DNA of 63,661 nucleotides, filler included, from an uncultured bacterium (lineage in GTDB: Bacteria; CAYUVA01): assembly GCA_964448115.1 (NCBI GenBank). It is 3 parts of 3 records of this genome, joined end to end, with 100 filler letters (N's around TTAATTAATTAA, not from the genome) between each part and the next. Parts side by side here need not be neighbours in the genome. Positions count along the whole stretch, not along the records: positions 1 to 22,787 come from CAYUVA010000056.1; 2 more parts are not named here. The stretch is one strand, 5' to 3'. Made by a program: the position numbers and the translations under genes. Shown in pieces: positions 1-9,724 of the stretch (position 1 is its first letter; every line of letters starts with the position of its first letter). Below the pieces are notes generated by a model, which saw nothing but the letters and a program-made list of their open reading frames with translations, did no database searches and was not told the origin of the DNA.

Positions 1-149
1 AGTCATATGTTCCACATGGAACATTAATTCTTTTTTTGACAAAGCCTTTATTTGCGAGATCGAGCTTTTAAAAATGGCAGTGGCACATGGATCCTCAAAT
101 TTTACCCCTATGAATATTGGCTTGAAGGGGTGGTTCATATCAACTATTT
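1..149 (-). repeat. Partial copy (cut by the contig start) of the ~450-bp dispersed non-coding element
   Basis: The reverse complement of 1-140 matches 63216-63355 with two substitutions by eye and is also similar to 42991-43130. It contains the palindrome TGTTCCACATGGAACA at 8-23. Confidence 0.95.
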
Positions 150-324
150 GTATAATTATTCTACCAAAATAGAAAAAGTTAGGATTTTTATAGAATAATT
201 GTATGTTTTTAGGGTCGTAATATGATCGCTTAGAATGACATGTTGGTGGGTTTGTTGTATATATTAAGATGTGCTAGTGATGGAGAAGGTTAAGGAAGGG
301 GCTTAATTGGCATGAGGTGTAATT

Positions 325-1239
325 GTGTCTAAGACACGCGCTGCGTTGCTGGCTGCATTGAATTATTACCGCTGCTTTAGTTGCTCTCGGGGCATGTTTA
401 CCACCATGAACCAGCTCGTGCTTGGAGAATCGAAACGCCTGGAAAATGCGACCCATGCTCTGGGAGCCGGTGTGGCGAGAAAAGGCTGGGGCTGTGGGAT
501 TATCTCAGGGCTAATCATTAGCTTGGGAGTCATCGAGGCAAGCAAAGACCAAGTCGCCGAGGATTTCAATTCAAACATTCTGAGTCAGGCTGGAACGATA
601 GTCGATGATTTCGATAAAGCTTATGGGAAGATCGATTGCTCTGAGATTACGCATGTCGATTTCAGAGGGAGATACGGTTTTTGGCGCTACATACCTAGTC
701 TGACCTGGTTTAAGTGCATGTTAATGTCAGCGCGATTCGCATCAAGATATGCTTCTTTGAGCTCAAAGCACGATGATGTTGAGCGAGAGCTCGATCTAGC
801 TAGCTTATCGCAACTCAATTGCGTGGCAGCATTCATCCAAAGCCTTGATATCAATCAAAAAGACAAGGTTAGGCTAGCCTTTTATCTATCAGGATTCGCT
901 GGAGGAATGGGATTGCGGGGATCGAGTTGCGGATTGCTATTTGCTGGCATAGTCGCCCTGGGGTATGCAAGACAACCGCCCAATGAACTCATTAGAAGGC
1001 GCAGGTTTTTCTCATCGGTCAAAGACGAACTCTTCAACCCGGATAATATCTACCATGATGCTGAAATATTCGTTGATAGCTTCATCAAGAGCCAGGGGAG
1101 CCGGCTCTGCTCGGAATTGATCGCTCCTGGTATGATAAAAAGCTCTGCCCATCTGGCAGATGTTTTTAATAGGCGCTGCGGGGAGCGGATCGAGCACAGC
1201 AGACAACTTGTAAACCAAATCATTAATAAAACAGGATGA
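325..1239 (+). CDS. C-GCAxxG-C-C family putative redox protein with a tandem-duplicated domain
   Basis: Two copies of the pattern C..(A/G)GG/AG..G..CG...G..CSE(I/L)..C (FSCS..LGAGVARKGWGCGIISG..CSEI..KC and LNCV..FAGGMGLRGSSCGLLFAG..CSEL..RC). GTG start preceded by GAGG. Confidence 0.7.
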   Translation: MSKTRAALLAALNYYRCFSCSRGMFTTMNQLVLGESKRLENATHALGAGVARKGWGCGIISGLIISLGVIEASKDQVAEDFNSNILSQAGTIVDDFDKAYGKIDCSEITHVDFRGRYGFWRYIPSLTWFKCMLMSARFASRYASLSSKHDDVERELDLASLSQLNCVAAFIQSLDINQKDKVRLAFYLSGFAGGMGLRGSSCGLLFAGIVALGYARQPPNELIRRRRFFSSVKDELFNPDNIYHDAEIFVDSFIKSQGSRLCSELIAPGMIKSSAHLADVFNRRCGERIEHSRQLVNQIINKTG

Positions 1240-2453
1240 CCAACAGAGGTGTGGAGCAAAACAAGGTCCTCGATGCAAGAGGTGATGAATGCCTGCTTTG
1301 TGGAGAGTGTCTCTCGCATTGTCCCTATATTAAGATGGATAAGAAAGAGGCAGCCGACGAAATGAAGGCTCTCCGCGCAGGGGCACCTTCGAGGAAGCTG
1401 CTATTGGGTTGTTATGGCTGTTACACCTGCGATGTTTACTGCCAGAGAGACCTGAAACCTTACAGCTTGATCAGGGCTATGTGGTTGGAGCGATATAAAA
1501 AGAAGGGATTGCCGGCGAGGGCAGCCTTTATGATGCCGCATCGATTCCCCAACTTCCGCACAGCCATAGATTATTCAAGCCATGAACAGGCGCTTCATAG
1601 GCGATTTGCCCTACAACCCACCACGGATAACATCTTCTATACGGGATGTAATCTTCTGGTAATGTCATATCTGCTCGACAGCAGACTGCTTGATGATTAC
1701 AGCATTTTCGGCAGGTGGGACTTGTGCTGCGGCGAGATGTACTACCGAATGGGCTTGATCGATCATGCTATGCAGGCGGCGCAGAGGCTATCCAATGCCC
1801 TTAAGGAATTTCAACCGCAAAGGATAACCGTTGCTTGCACTGCCTGTTACAACATGTTGAAGAATATATATCCGAATGAGCTGGGGATTCATCTTGATGC
1901 ACAGGTATCTCACCTGGCTTATGATATCAGAGAAGGCTTGAATATGGGTACATTGAAGGTTGTGCGACCGCTTAAGGCGTCCTTTGTTGTGCAGGATAGC
2001 TGTCATGGCAAGGTCGTGGAGCCTGATCTTGCCGAGACTATTAGGGGATTGATTCGACTTTGCGGTGTTAAGATATTGGAGATGGAGCACAATCATAAGG
2101 ATTCTCTTTGCTGCGGAGTTGCTGCTGGCTGCACTTCATTCAGTCCCTTGGATATGGCAAGGGCTGGATTCATGCGTCTCGGCGAGTCTTCTCGCATCAG
2201 TGCAGACTACTTGATGGCATACTGCACCGGCTGTCAACTGACGCTAGGCGTGCTCGATCTGCTGTATCCCAGGCGGAAAAAGCCGGTAATTCACCTACTG
2301 GATCTATTGGACTATGCCTTGAACGGAAAGGAAATGCGTATCCCCATGCATGTGAGGCGATATAAGCAGATGTTATGGAACGTAGTTAAAGGGGGTCTGC
2401 CCGGAATTTTCAGTAAGCGACGATTTTACCTTGATGACATCGAATCTTCGTAG
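1236..2453 (+). CDS. (Fe-S)-binding oxidoreductase subunit, HdrD/GlpC-like (two 4Fe-4S motifs plus two CCG domains)
   Basis: CLLCGECLSHCP and CYGCYTCDVYC motifs; TGC..CCG..CTAC and DSC..CCG..YCTGC domains. ATGA overlap with the upstream gene. Confidence 0.85.
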   Translation: MTNRGVEQNKVLDARGDECLLCGECLSHCPYIKMDKKEAADEMKALRAGAPSRKLLLGCYGCYTCDVYCQRDLKPYSLIRAMWLERYKKKGLPARAAFMMPHRFPNFRTAIDYSSHEQALHRRFALQPTTDNIFYTGCNLLVMSYLLDSRLLDDYSIFGRWDLCCGEMYYRMGLIDHAMQAAQRLSNALKEFQPQRITVACTACYNMLKNIYPNELGIHLDAQVSHLAYDIREGLNMGTLKVVRPLKASFVVQDSCHGKVVEPDLAETIRGLIRLCGVKILEMEHNHKDSLCCGVAAGCTSFSPLDMARAGFMRLGESSRISADYLMAYCTGCQLTLGVLDLLYPRRKKPVIHLLDLLDYALNGKEMRIPMHVRRYKQMLWNVVKGGLPGIFSKRRFYLDDIESS

Positions 2454-2494
2454 AACAGCGATGATATCACTGTAACGAACATGCTTTGTTCAAA

Positions 2495-3829
2495 TTATCT
2501 TCTTTTTGCCTTTTTGCCCGGTTTTTTGCGAAAGACCAGTAAAATTGGAGCTCCGATGAAGCCATATTGTGCTCTGAGGCGATTTACAAGGAAGCGCTTG
2601 TATGAGAAATGAATGTCCTTAGGATTGTTTGTGAAGAGATGGAATGCTGGAGGTTTGACCCCGGATTGCACCGCATAGAGGATCTTCGTAGCTCTGGAAG
2701 CAGCTCTCGGAGGAGTGAACTCCTGCATGGCGTCTTGCAAGAATCTATTAAGCTCTGGGGTAGGTATCCGTTTGTTCTGCTGCTGGTTGATCAAAAGGGC
2801 GGTCTCGATAATACGATGAAGGCGCTGCCGAGTCAGAGCCGAAACATAAAGGATTGGCGCATACCGAAGAAACTTGAGCTTTTCATGGATAAAATCGGTC
2901 ATGCGATCAACTGTCTTGTTATCTTTTTCGATCAGATCCCATTTGTTGACCGCTATCATCACCCCTCTTCCCTCCTTGAGGATAAGTCCAGCGATCTTGG
3001 CGTCCTGCTCGGTGATCCCCTCGGTGGCATCGATCATTTGCACAGCCACATCGCAGCGCCTAAGGTTCTTTATTGCATAAAGGATGCTCAACTTCTCCAG
3101 GTCCATGCTCACCTTGCTCTTTCGCCTGATGCCAGCCGTATCAATGATAGTTACCTGGTTGCCATGATACATGAATGTTGAGTCTATGGAATCCCGGGTT
3201 GTTCCGGGTATCTTAGAGACTATGGCCCTGTCTTGTCCCAGCAGGGCATTAACCAGGCTCGACTTGCCGACATTTGGCTTACCTAAAACTGCTATGGAGA
3301 CCCCGGTATCAGCCTTTTTCCGTCTTTTTTTCTCCGTTGAGGGCAGCATTTTGGTTATCATTTCGAGAAGCTCTGAGATGCCGATATTATGTGCCGCGGA
3401 TATAGCTACCATGTGGTCGAAGCCAAGCGAATAAAACTCCTCGGCATTAAGCTGTAGCTTATGGTTATCAGCCTTGTTGACCACTAGGATTACCGGTTTG
3501 CCCATCTTGAAAAGCTGTTGGGCAAGCTCCTGGTCTAGTGGATGAACCCCCTGTTTGCAATCGGTAACCAAAAGGACCAGGGCGGATTCATACAGGGCAA
3601 CCTGGATCTGCTCTTGAATATGGGCTGTTATCTCATCGGTGGCATGGGAGGTGAAGCCGCCGGTATCAACTACCAGAAAGGTCTGGTCCTGCCAGGTCGC
3701 GTTAGCGATATTGCGATCCCGCGTAACTCCAGCGAAATCATCGACTATCGCCTTGTGAAATCCGATCAGGCGGTTGAACAGGGTCGATTTGCCGACATTG
3801 GGGCGACCTACGATAGCGACTGTATTCAT
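2495..3829 (-). CDS. der: Ribosome biogenesis GTPase Der (EngA)
   Basis: Two G-domains (GRPNVGKS/DTGG/NKAD and GKPNVGKS/DTAG/NKWD), GVTRD and GTTRD motifs, and a KH-like tail (PP.F..F.N..HFSYKRFL.N.LR..YGF.GAPI). Confidence 0.97.
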   Translation of the reverse strand: MNTVAIVGRPNVGKSTLFNRLIGFHKAIVDDFAGVTRDRNIANATWQDQTFLVVDTGGFTSHATDEITAHIQEQIQVALYESALVLLVTDCKQGVHPLDQELAQQLFKMGKPVILVVNKADNHKLQLNAEEFYSLGFDHMVAISAAHNIGISELLEMITKMLPSTEKKRRKKADTGVSIAVLGKPNVGKSSLVNALLGQDRAIVSKIPGTTRDSIDSTFMYHGNQVTIIDTAGIRRKSKVSMDLEKLSILYAIKNLRRCDVAVQMIDATEGITEQDAKIAGLILKEGRGVMIAVNKWDLIEKDNKTVDRMTDFIHEKLKFLRYAPILYVSALTRQRLHRIIETALLINQQQNKRIPTPELNRFLQDAMQEFTPPRAASRATKILYAVQSGVKPPAFHLFTNNPKDIHFSYKRFLVNRLRAQYGFIGAPILLVFRKKPGKKAKRR

Positions 3830-3863
3830 CAGCGATCAAACTCCCAGAAAATAACTTGGTATT

Positions 3864-6287
3864 TTATTGCTTTAACTTAAAATCAGAGCCTTTACAAACC
3901 TTGAAACATATATCACCAAAGGCTGGTTCATTGCCATCGAAACGCTGCGCGCCAGGCAGGTAATCAAAGATCGAAACCCAAACACATATCGGCGATGAAA
4001 AGATCCCTGCTGATAGATGGTAAAGATCGAGCCGTAGGTTTGCATTCCTTTGTACCCGAAGATTCTCAAGATCAAAGCTGTAATATATGTTATCCTTTAT
4101 CTTCACGGCATCGACCACCCGCTGTTCAAGCAGCCGGTTATCGCCATTGGCTGACCTAAGCTCGAGGATCACCCTTCCACGGGGTCTTTGTTCAAAGGTG
4201 GCAAAGCGAACCATAATGGATGAGATGACCTGGCTGGGGCTGGTAAAGACCTGCGATCGAGGGATCTTAGGCTCGAGTGGCTTTGAGATCGCCTCAGCTT
4301 TTGACTGCACCAGGCATCGGCTTTGTAGCAGCTTCGACTCTTTTGGCGCTGGCACATCTTGCAATCCCATGGCTATCTCTATTGCTTGACGGTTTCGCCC
4401 CCTCGATGCGAGAAGCGCCTTGCCGGTATAGTCCACGGCTGCTCGATAATTATCCTTGGAGATCTCAAGCCTTGCCATGCCGACCAGCGCCTTTTGATGG
4501 AGGTTGTTGTATTCAAGCTCCCCCAGGTATGCTTTGCGCGCAGATGCATGTCGTCCAGCCATCAGATAACAATCCCCCAGCAGCGAGTTGCCATCAGGAA
4601 AATCAGGGAAGTATCGTAGCAGCTCCTGCAGGGCTTCGGCTGCTTCATCCGGTCTTCCAAGGCTGTAATAGCAAAGTGCAATATTGAAAAGCGACTGCTT
4701 CAGACCAGGATTCCTCATATAGGCATTGCGATAACAGCCTAGGGCAGCCTCGATGTAGCCCCCGGATAGCAGAAGTTCTCCACCTATCATTGAATATTCG
4801 GCAAAAGGAGTACTGCCATAAATCTCCTTAAGTTTCTTTGTGGAAACATGCTTCGAGCCGCTGCCGCTCAAGAGACGGTTCGTTTGGATGCCAAGCACAA
4901 ATCTCGGCAGCGTATAAGTGAATGTACAATAAAGGGTCAGGGCTGCCAGCACAGCAAATATTATTGCCGCTGTTTTGCTTTTCAACGATGATGCTTCTCG
5001 CTGAGGCTTGCTTTGTTTTATCATCTGGTAACCAGGCTGCAAGGAGATGGCCATAGCGAGCCAGATAGCCAAAAATGCCCTCGGCGTGGGGTACATGAGG
5101 CTGACACCGACCAGGTCGGATACCAAGACACCAATCACCGAGCATAGTATTCCCAACAGTGCCAGTCGCTTAGATTGGTGCTTAGATTTATCGCTTTCAG
5201 GCAGTTGCCTAATAAGGTATTTGACGGCTTTTAGGATGATAATCGCTATCAGAGCCATGATCGCACCTGCACCGACCAACCCGGACTCGACGAGCAATTC
5301 AATGATGAAACAGTGTGCATGGGTAACCTGCTGGGAGTAATCGTAGCCGGCAAGCTCATAGATATTGGTTGGCATGAATTCCGGGAAGATCCTTGCGAAG
5401 CTGCCACCCCCCCAGCCCAATATCGGCTTTTGCATGAATGCCCTCATGCCGGCATCCCAGATCACCAGCCTTCCCTGTAAACCAGCATCCTCGCCGGAAA
5501 GTATAGATAACAGCCTGGTTCTGCCTGAGCCTGAAAGAGCGATTATGGCTAGAAATCCGACCATAACTATAGAAAGTATTACTAGCTTTATGTTCGAGAT
5601 GGTCTGTAGATTTGTCCTGCCTTTGGCAAGGTATATGCCATAAATTAAAATAAAGAATAGCTGTAAAATAAATCCCACATAGCAACCTCTGGCGCCGGTT
5701 AAATATAGCGAGATCGACATGACAATAAATGCACTAAGATAGAGCGTGCTAAGACCAATTTTAACATCATTCCTTATGAAATAAATGCAGGCTGGTGGCA
5801 TAAGAAAAAGTAAAATAACGCCGAGAAACACTGGATTTCCCATGGTGGAAAAGACGCGGATGCTCTGTGCAAATGTATCCTGCCATAAAATAGGATCCAA
5901 ATCGAGGTATTGAATGAGACTATATATTGCAACCAGAATGCCGATTACTACCCCAAAGTCGAGTATTTTCCTAACCTCGATATACCTGTAACTGATAAAT
6001 AGGAATGCAAATAGGCTCAATAAATAAAATTCTTCAAGAGTTAGAGGTAAGTTATGCTTGTTTAATGGAAAGATAGATGAGATGAGGAATATTATGAAAA
6101 GCAACAGATATGCAAAGTTTGGCTTGTTATTATTCCATTTACTGACAGCCAGCAAGGAAAATATAAATATAGACGAGATCGAGATTATCAACTTTTTTAT
6201 AAAAAATGGCTCGTATGAAAATGGAAAGAAAATGATAGCAGAAAGCATAATAGCAAAAATAAAAAAAGATATAATTAAATCCTTCAT
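3864..6287 (-). CDS. O-antigen ligase (Wzy_C)-like membrane protein with TPR repeats and a C-terminal beta domain
   Basis: Many TM segments; RVFSTMGNP, TGARG, R..IW..G..F..KPILGWG.G.F and HAH motifs; TPR-like helices from about residue 500 to 630. Confidence 0.8.
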   Translation of the reverse strand: MKDLIISFFIFAIMLSAIIFFPFSYEPFFIKKLIISISSIFIFSLLAVSKWNNNKPNFAYLLLFIIFLISSIFPLNKHNLPLTLEEFYLLSLFAFLFISYRYIEVRKILDFGVVIGILVAIYSLIQYLDLDPILWQDTFAQSIRVFSTMGNPVFLGVILLFLMPPACIYFIRNDVKIGLSTLYLSAFIVMSISLYLTGARGCYVGFILQLFFILIYGIYLAKGRTNLQTISNIKLVILSIVMVGFLAIIALSGSGRTRLLSILSGEDAGLQGRLVIWDAGMRAFMQKPILGWGGGSFARIFPEFMPTNIYELAGYDYSQQVTHAHCFIIELLVESGLVGAGAIMALIAIIILKAVKYLIRQLPESDKSKHQSKRLALLGILCSVIGVLVSDLVGVSLMYPTPRAFLAIWLAMAISLQPGYQMIKQSKPQREASSLKSKTAAIIFAVLAALTLYCTFTYTLPRFVLGIQTNRLLSGSGSKHVSTKKLKEIYGSTPFAEYSMIGGELLLSGGYIEAALGCYRNAYMRNPGLKQSLFNIALCYYSLGRPDEAAEALQELLRYFPDFPDGNSLLGDCYLMAGRHASARKAYLGELEYNNLHQKALVGMARLEISKDNYRAAVDYTGKALLASRGRNRQAIEIAMGLQDVPAPKESKLLQSRCLVQSKAEAISKPLEPKIPRSQVFTSPSQVISSIMVRFATFEQRPRGRVILELRSANGDNRLLEQRVVDAVKIKDNIYYSFDLENLRVQRNANLRLDLYHLSAGIFSSPICVWVSIFDYLPGAQRFDGNEPAFGDICFKVCKGSDFKLKQ

Positions 6288-6369
6288 TTAAGTTTATGTT
6301 TATATAGTATGATTGATTATTCTGTTGATTTATAAGCTAAGTCTAATTCATCGACCTCCTTTTTACAGG

Positions 6370-7530
6370 CTAATGTTCATCCTTCCTTATAGGTGTTGGA
6401 ATATCGAACTCGCCGCTTCTTATAGCAGAATCAGAAAAGACCTGGTTATCGAATCCCTTGGGTGAAGTTCTCTCCTGCCTGGCGGTCTTGGGGTGCAGCG
6501 ATGGACTAGGTTTCTTGGGGGGCAGGGGCTTTCCGTCGGCTCTTTGCAGGTGTTTTATCTGTTTACTGGGCTTACTTGGATCCTCGAAGCCGGTTGCGAT
6601 GACGGTCAGGCTTAGCTCCTGGTCCATATTTTCATTGATAACCACGCCAAAGAAGATATTGTTCTCCTCGGCAGCCTGTTCCTTTATAGCCTTCGCGACC
6701 CTGTCCACCTCCGGCAATGTAAGGTCCTTACCGCCGGTGAAATTCATCAATATCCGGGAAGCTCCGCGCAGGCTGACACCCTCGAGCAGCGGGTTATCAA
6801 TAGCTGATTCATAGGCTTGATCATACATATCCTCGCCCTTGCCGTAACCTACACCCAAAAGGGCGGGACCGGCTTGGTGCATCACGGATTGTACATCGGC
6901 AAAGTCGAGGTTGATAAGCCCCTCATCTGTAATAAGGTCTGTGATCCCCAGAATTGCCTTCTTCAAGACCCCATCGGCTAACTCGAAGGATTTTAGTATT
7001 CCGATGTTTTCTTCGGGCTTTATAAGGAACTGGTTATTGATGATAATGATAGTGTCAACTGTTTCCTTCAGCTCCTTGATGCCGTTCTCAGCCAGTATCG
7101 CCCTTTTTCTCCCCTCGAAGCCAAAGGGTTTGGTTACCACCGCCACGGTAAGTATCTCTAACTCACGGGCTATGCGTGCAACCACAGGTGCTCCGCCGGT
7201 GCCGGTTCCACCGCCCATGCCGGCGGTGATGAACAGGATATCAGCGCCAACCAATATATCCCTTAGCATTTCTTCATCCTCTTCAGCCGCCTTCTTGCCC
7301 TTGACCGGATCCCCGCCGGTGCCTAAGCCTTTGGTCAACTTGCGTCCCAATTGAATGCGGTTAGGGCATCTATTCTTGTTCAGGTCTTGGATATCGGTAT
7401 TTACGACTAGAAACTCCAGGGAAGTGAGGTCAGGACTGTACATGCGATTTATGGCATTACCGCCGCCACCGCCGATGCCTAGGATTTTTACCCTTACGAC
7501 GCTATCCTCTTCTAGGTTCATTTTGCTCAT
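6370..7530 (-). CDS. ftsZ: Cell division protein FtsZ
   Basis: GIGGGGGNA, NTD, AGMGGGTGTG, KPFGFEG and INLDFADV motifs. Confidence 0.98.
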   Translation of the reverse strand: MSKMNLEEDSVVRVKILGIGGGGGNAINRMYSPDLTSLEFLVVNTDIQDLNKNRCPNRIQLGRKLTKGLGTGGDPVKGKKAAEEDEEMLRDILVGADILFITAGMGGGTGTGGAPVVARIARELEILTVAVVTKPFGFEGRKRAILAENGIKELKETVDTIIIINNQFLIKPEENIGILKSFELADGVLKKAILGITDLITDEGLINLDFADVQSVMHQAGPALLGVGYGKGEDMYDQAYESAIDNPLLEGVSLRGASRILMNFTGGKDLTLPEVDRVAKAIKEQAAEENNIFFGVVINENMDQELSLTVIATGFEDPSKPSKQIKHLQRADGKPLPPKKPSPSLHPKTARQERTSPKGFDNQVFSDSAIRSGEFDIPTPIRKDEH

Positions 7531-7575
7531 TTATATAAACCTCCAAGATCGCTTTCGGGATCATCGTTTTTTGCA

Positions 7576-8805
7576 TCATTTGAATATCCTTTTGAGGCGG
7601 TTAAGGAAACCGCCCTCCTTAGATTTCAGAGCCTGTATGGATTCCATTCCCAAGGGCTGGTCAAGATATCTTGCCATGCCCAATGCTGCCAGGTATCCCT
7701 TGTCCTGGCTATGCTCCCTCGAATTGCCAAAGCCATCTCCCTTAAAGAGCCTGGTAGGAAGATTGAAGACCTTCTCGACCAATCGATCCATTCCGGGCAG
7801 GTTGCTGGTGCCCCCGGTGAGAATAACACTCCTGAAGCTGGTCAGATAGCCGCTGCTTGAGATATCATCATACATCATTTTAATCATCTCTCTTGCCCTG
7901 GGCTCCAGCACCTCGGTGATTACCGGCTTGGTGATATGGCGAAATTCTGGCTTCCCCAGGGTGGATATCTTGATAATCTTTTCATCATCTCCCGGCTGGT
8001 TAAATAGCGCGCCGTATTTGACCTTAAGCTTCTCTGCCTCTTGATTGGGTGTTTTAAGGCATATTGCAAGGTCATTGGTTAGATGATGCCCGCCGATTGG
8101 CAGTATCCCTAGATAAATGGCGACACCGTTTTTATATCCAACGGCAGATGACTTGCCGCTGCCTAGGTCGAGCAATATCACTCCTTCCTCTAGCTCTTGG
8201 GAGTGCAATGCGATCCTTGCCAGTCCGAGATCGCTAACCATTACCTTTAGGCAGTTGAAACCAACGAACTGCAATATATCCGCTATGGTCCTTACCAGGT
8301 CTTTTCTTGCCAGCACGAGATGAAGCTGAACCTCCAGGCTATCTGCCTTCATGCCCAGCGGATTGGAGACCACACCTGCATCGCCCAGGTTGAACTCCAC
8401 GGGAATGCGGTGCAGGATCTCCATATCGGGAGGCAACGGCAAGGAAGATGCCTTATCGATGGCATGCTGGATCTCTAAATTGCCTATGCGACCATCCTTG
8501 GCGATTACTGGAACTCTCCCCCTGGTATATTGGCTTCTTATGAATTCTCCTGATATGCCGACAACAAAGTCGGTCGGGTCATAATCGAGGTTGCTGCGAG
8601 CCACCTCGACAGCGTTCCTTATCGCTCCGCCGAGCTCTCTTGGCTCCAGTATCTTGCCCCTTGAGAAGCCCTTTACCGAGCTGATGCCGTATGAGAGGAT
8701 CTTGACGCGGTCAGAGCCAGTGCTGATAGCTGACAGTGCACAGATCTTGGAACTTCCTAGATCCAGGATGTTGTATCTCCGAACCTGTTCTCTACTCTTC
8801 AGCAT
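7576..8805 (-). CDS. ftsA: Cell division protein FtsA
   Basis: LDLGSSKI, NPLGM, LDLGSG, IGG..LTNDLA, AEKLK and ILTGGTS motifs; lies between ftsQ and ftsZ. Confidence 0.95.
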   Translation of the reverse strand: MLKSREQVRRYNILDLGSSKICALSAISTGSDRVKILSYGISSVKGFSRGKILEPRELGGAIRNAVEVARSNLDYDPTDFVVGISGEFIRSQYTRGRVPVIAKDGRIGNLEIQHAIDKASSLPLPPDMEILHRIPVEFNLGDAGVVSNPLGMKADSLEVQLHLVLARKDLVRTIADILQFVGFNCLKVMVSDLGLARIALHSQELEEGVILLDLGSGKSSAVGYKNGVAIYLGILPIGGHHLTNDLAICLKTPNQEAEKLKVKYGALFNQPGDDEKIIKISTLGKPEFRHITKPVITEVLEPRAREMIKMMYDDISSSGYLTSFRSVILTGGTSNLPGMDRLVEKVFNLPTRLFKGDGFGNSREHSQDKGYLAALGMARYLDQPLGMESIQALKSKEGGFLNRLKRIFK

Positions 8806-8858
8806 TTTCCAGAGCCTTGCTTTGCTTTTCTATACAGTATTTCGTAGTGTCAATTTTT

Positions 8859-8887
8859 ATTATACAATATCTTGTAGTAGCTGTCTA
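8859..8887 (-). promoter_or_regulatory. Putative sigma70 promoter for ftsA-ftsZ, internal to the dcw cluster
   Basis: The minus strand reads TAGACA-N17-TATAAT within the 139-bp ftsQ-ftsA gap. Confidence 0.6.
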
Positions 8888-8944
8888 GTATAGATTCCTC
8901 AAATTACACTATATAACTAGCCACTTGGCTTCATAAAATCGTTC

Positions 8945-9718
8945 CTATGGTTGGGCGCAAGACAGGATCATTCGATCCCTGAATCTTAGATCTATGAATT
9001 CAATGTTGCCAGGCAGCTTGGCAAGTATGTGCTCGGTGGCGAAGATATAACCGAAGTTCCTTGAGAACTCCAGTATGCTCAAAACTACTGGAGCGTGGAG
9101 GTTATCCACGATTATCTCAAATTCCAACCCCGAGCGCAGGTGAATCTTTTTAGCATTGCTCTTGAGCCATGATATCGCCCCCGGAATATCCTGTATGGAG
9201 TCCAAGAAATCCTTCAGATTCTGCGAGGGGAGTGGATGTCCAATGCGGCGATAACTGCTCTGAAAAAAAATGCCTGTTATCATCGGCAGCTTATATGTCC
9301 CCCCGCGATCGTATTGCTTGAGGAGCACGCCCCGGCTATCGATCAAGTAATCCATATCATCTGACACGATGCCCCAGGGCTGGCGATCAACAACCTCTAT
9401 TACAAGGGTGCCGGGGAGCACTCGTTTTATCTTGCAATCTTGGATCCAGGGCGACTCAGACAAGCGCCTTGAAATGGTTGAAAGCTCGTAATCGAAGATA
9501 TTCTTTCCCGGTTCTATGCCGGCGATATCCAGGATAACTTTCTCGGATAGGCTTTGTGTTCTAATAACCTTTATCTTATCGAGCCTGAAGAAAGGATCTA
9601 TGACCCATGCATTTAATGCGCTATATCCCAGGTACAAAATGAGAAAAAGCAGCGATACTCCCACCCAGATCTTGATTAGCCTCACAGCCAGGCTTGATTT
9701 TGGGTCTTTATTTTTCAT
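8945..9718 (-). CDS. ftsQ: Cell division protein FtsQ/DivIB
   Basis: Single N-terminal TM, POTRA domain (F.L..I.V..G.NIF..PWI..IKRVLPGTLVI) and IDLRF near the C-terminus; dcw position. Confidence 0.9.
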   Translation of the reverse strand: MKNKDPKSSLAVRLIKIWVGVSLLFLILYLGYSALNAWVIDPFFRLDKIKVIRTQSLSEKVILDIAGIEPGKNIFDYELSTISRRLSESPWIQDCKIKRVLPGTLVIEVVDRQPWGIVSDDMDYLIDSRGVLLKQYDRGGTYKLPMITGIFFQSSYRRIGHPLPSQNLKDFLDSIQDIPGAISWLKSNAKKIHLRSGLEFEIIVDNLHAPVVLSILEFSRNFGYIFATEHILAKLPGNIEFIDLRFRDRMILSCAQP

Positions 9719-9724
9719 GATTGC

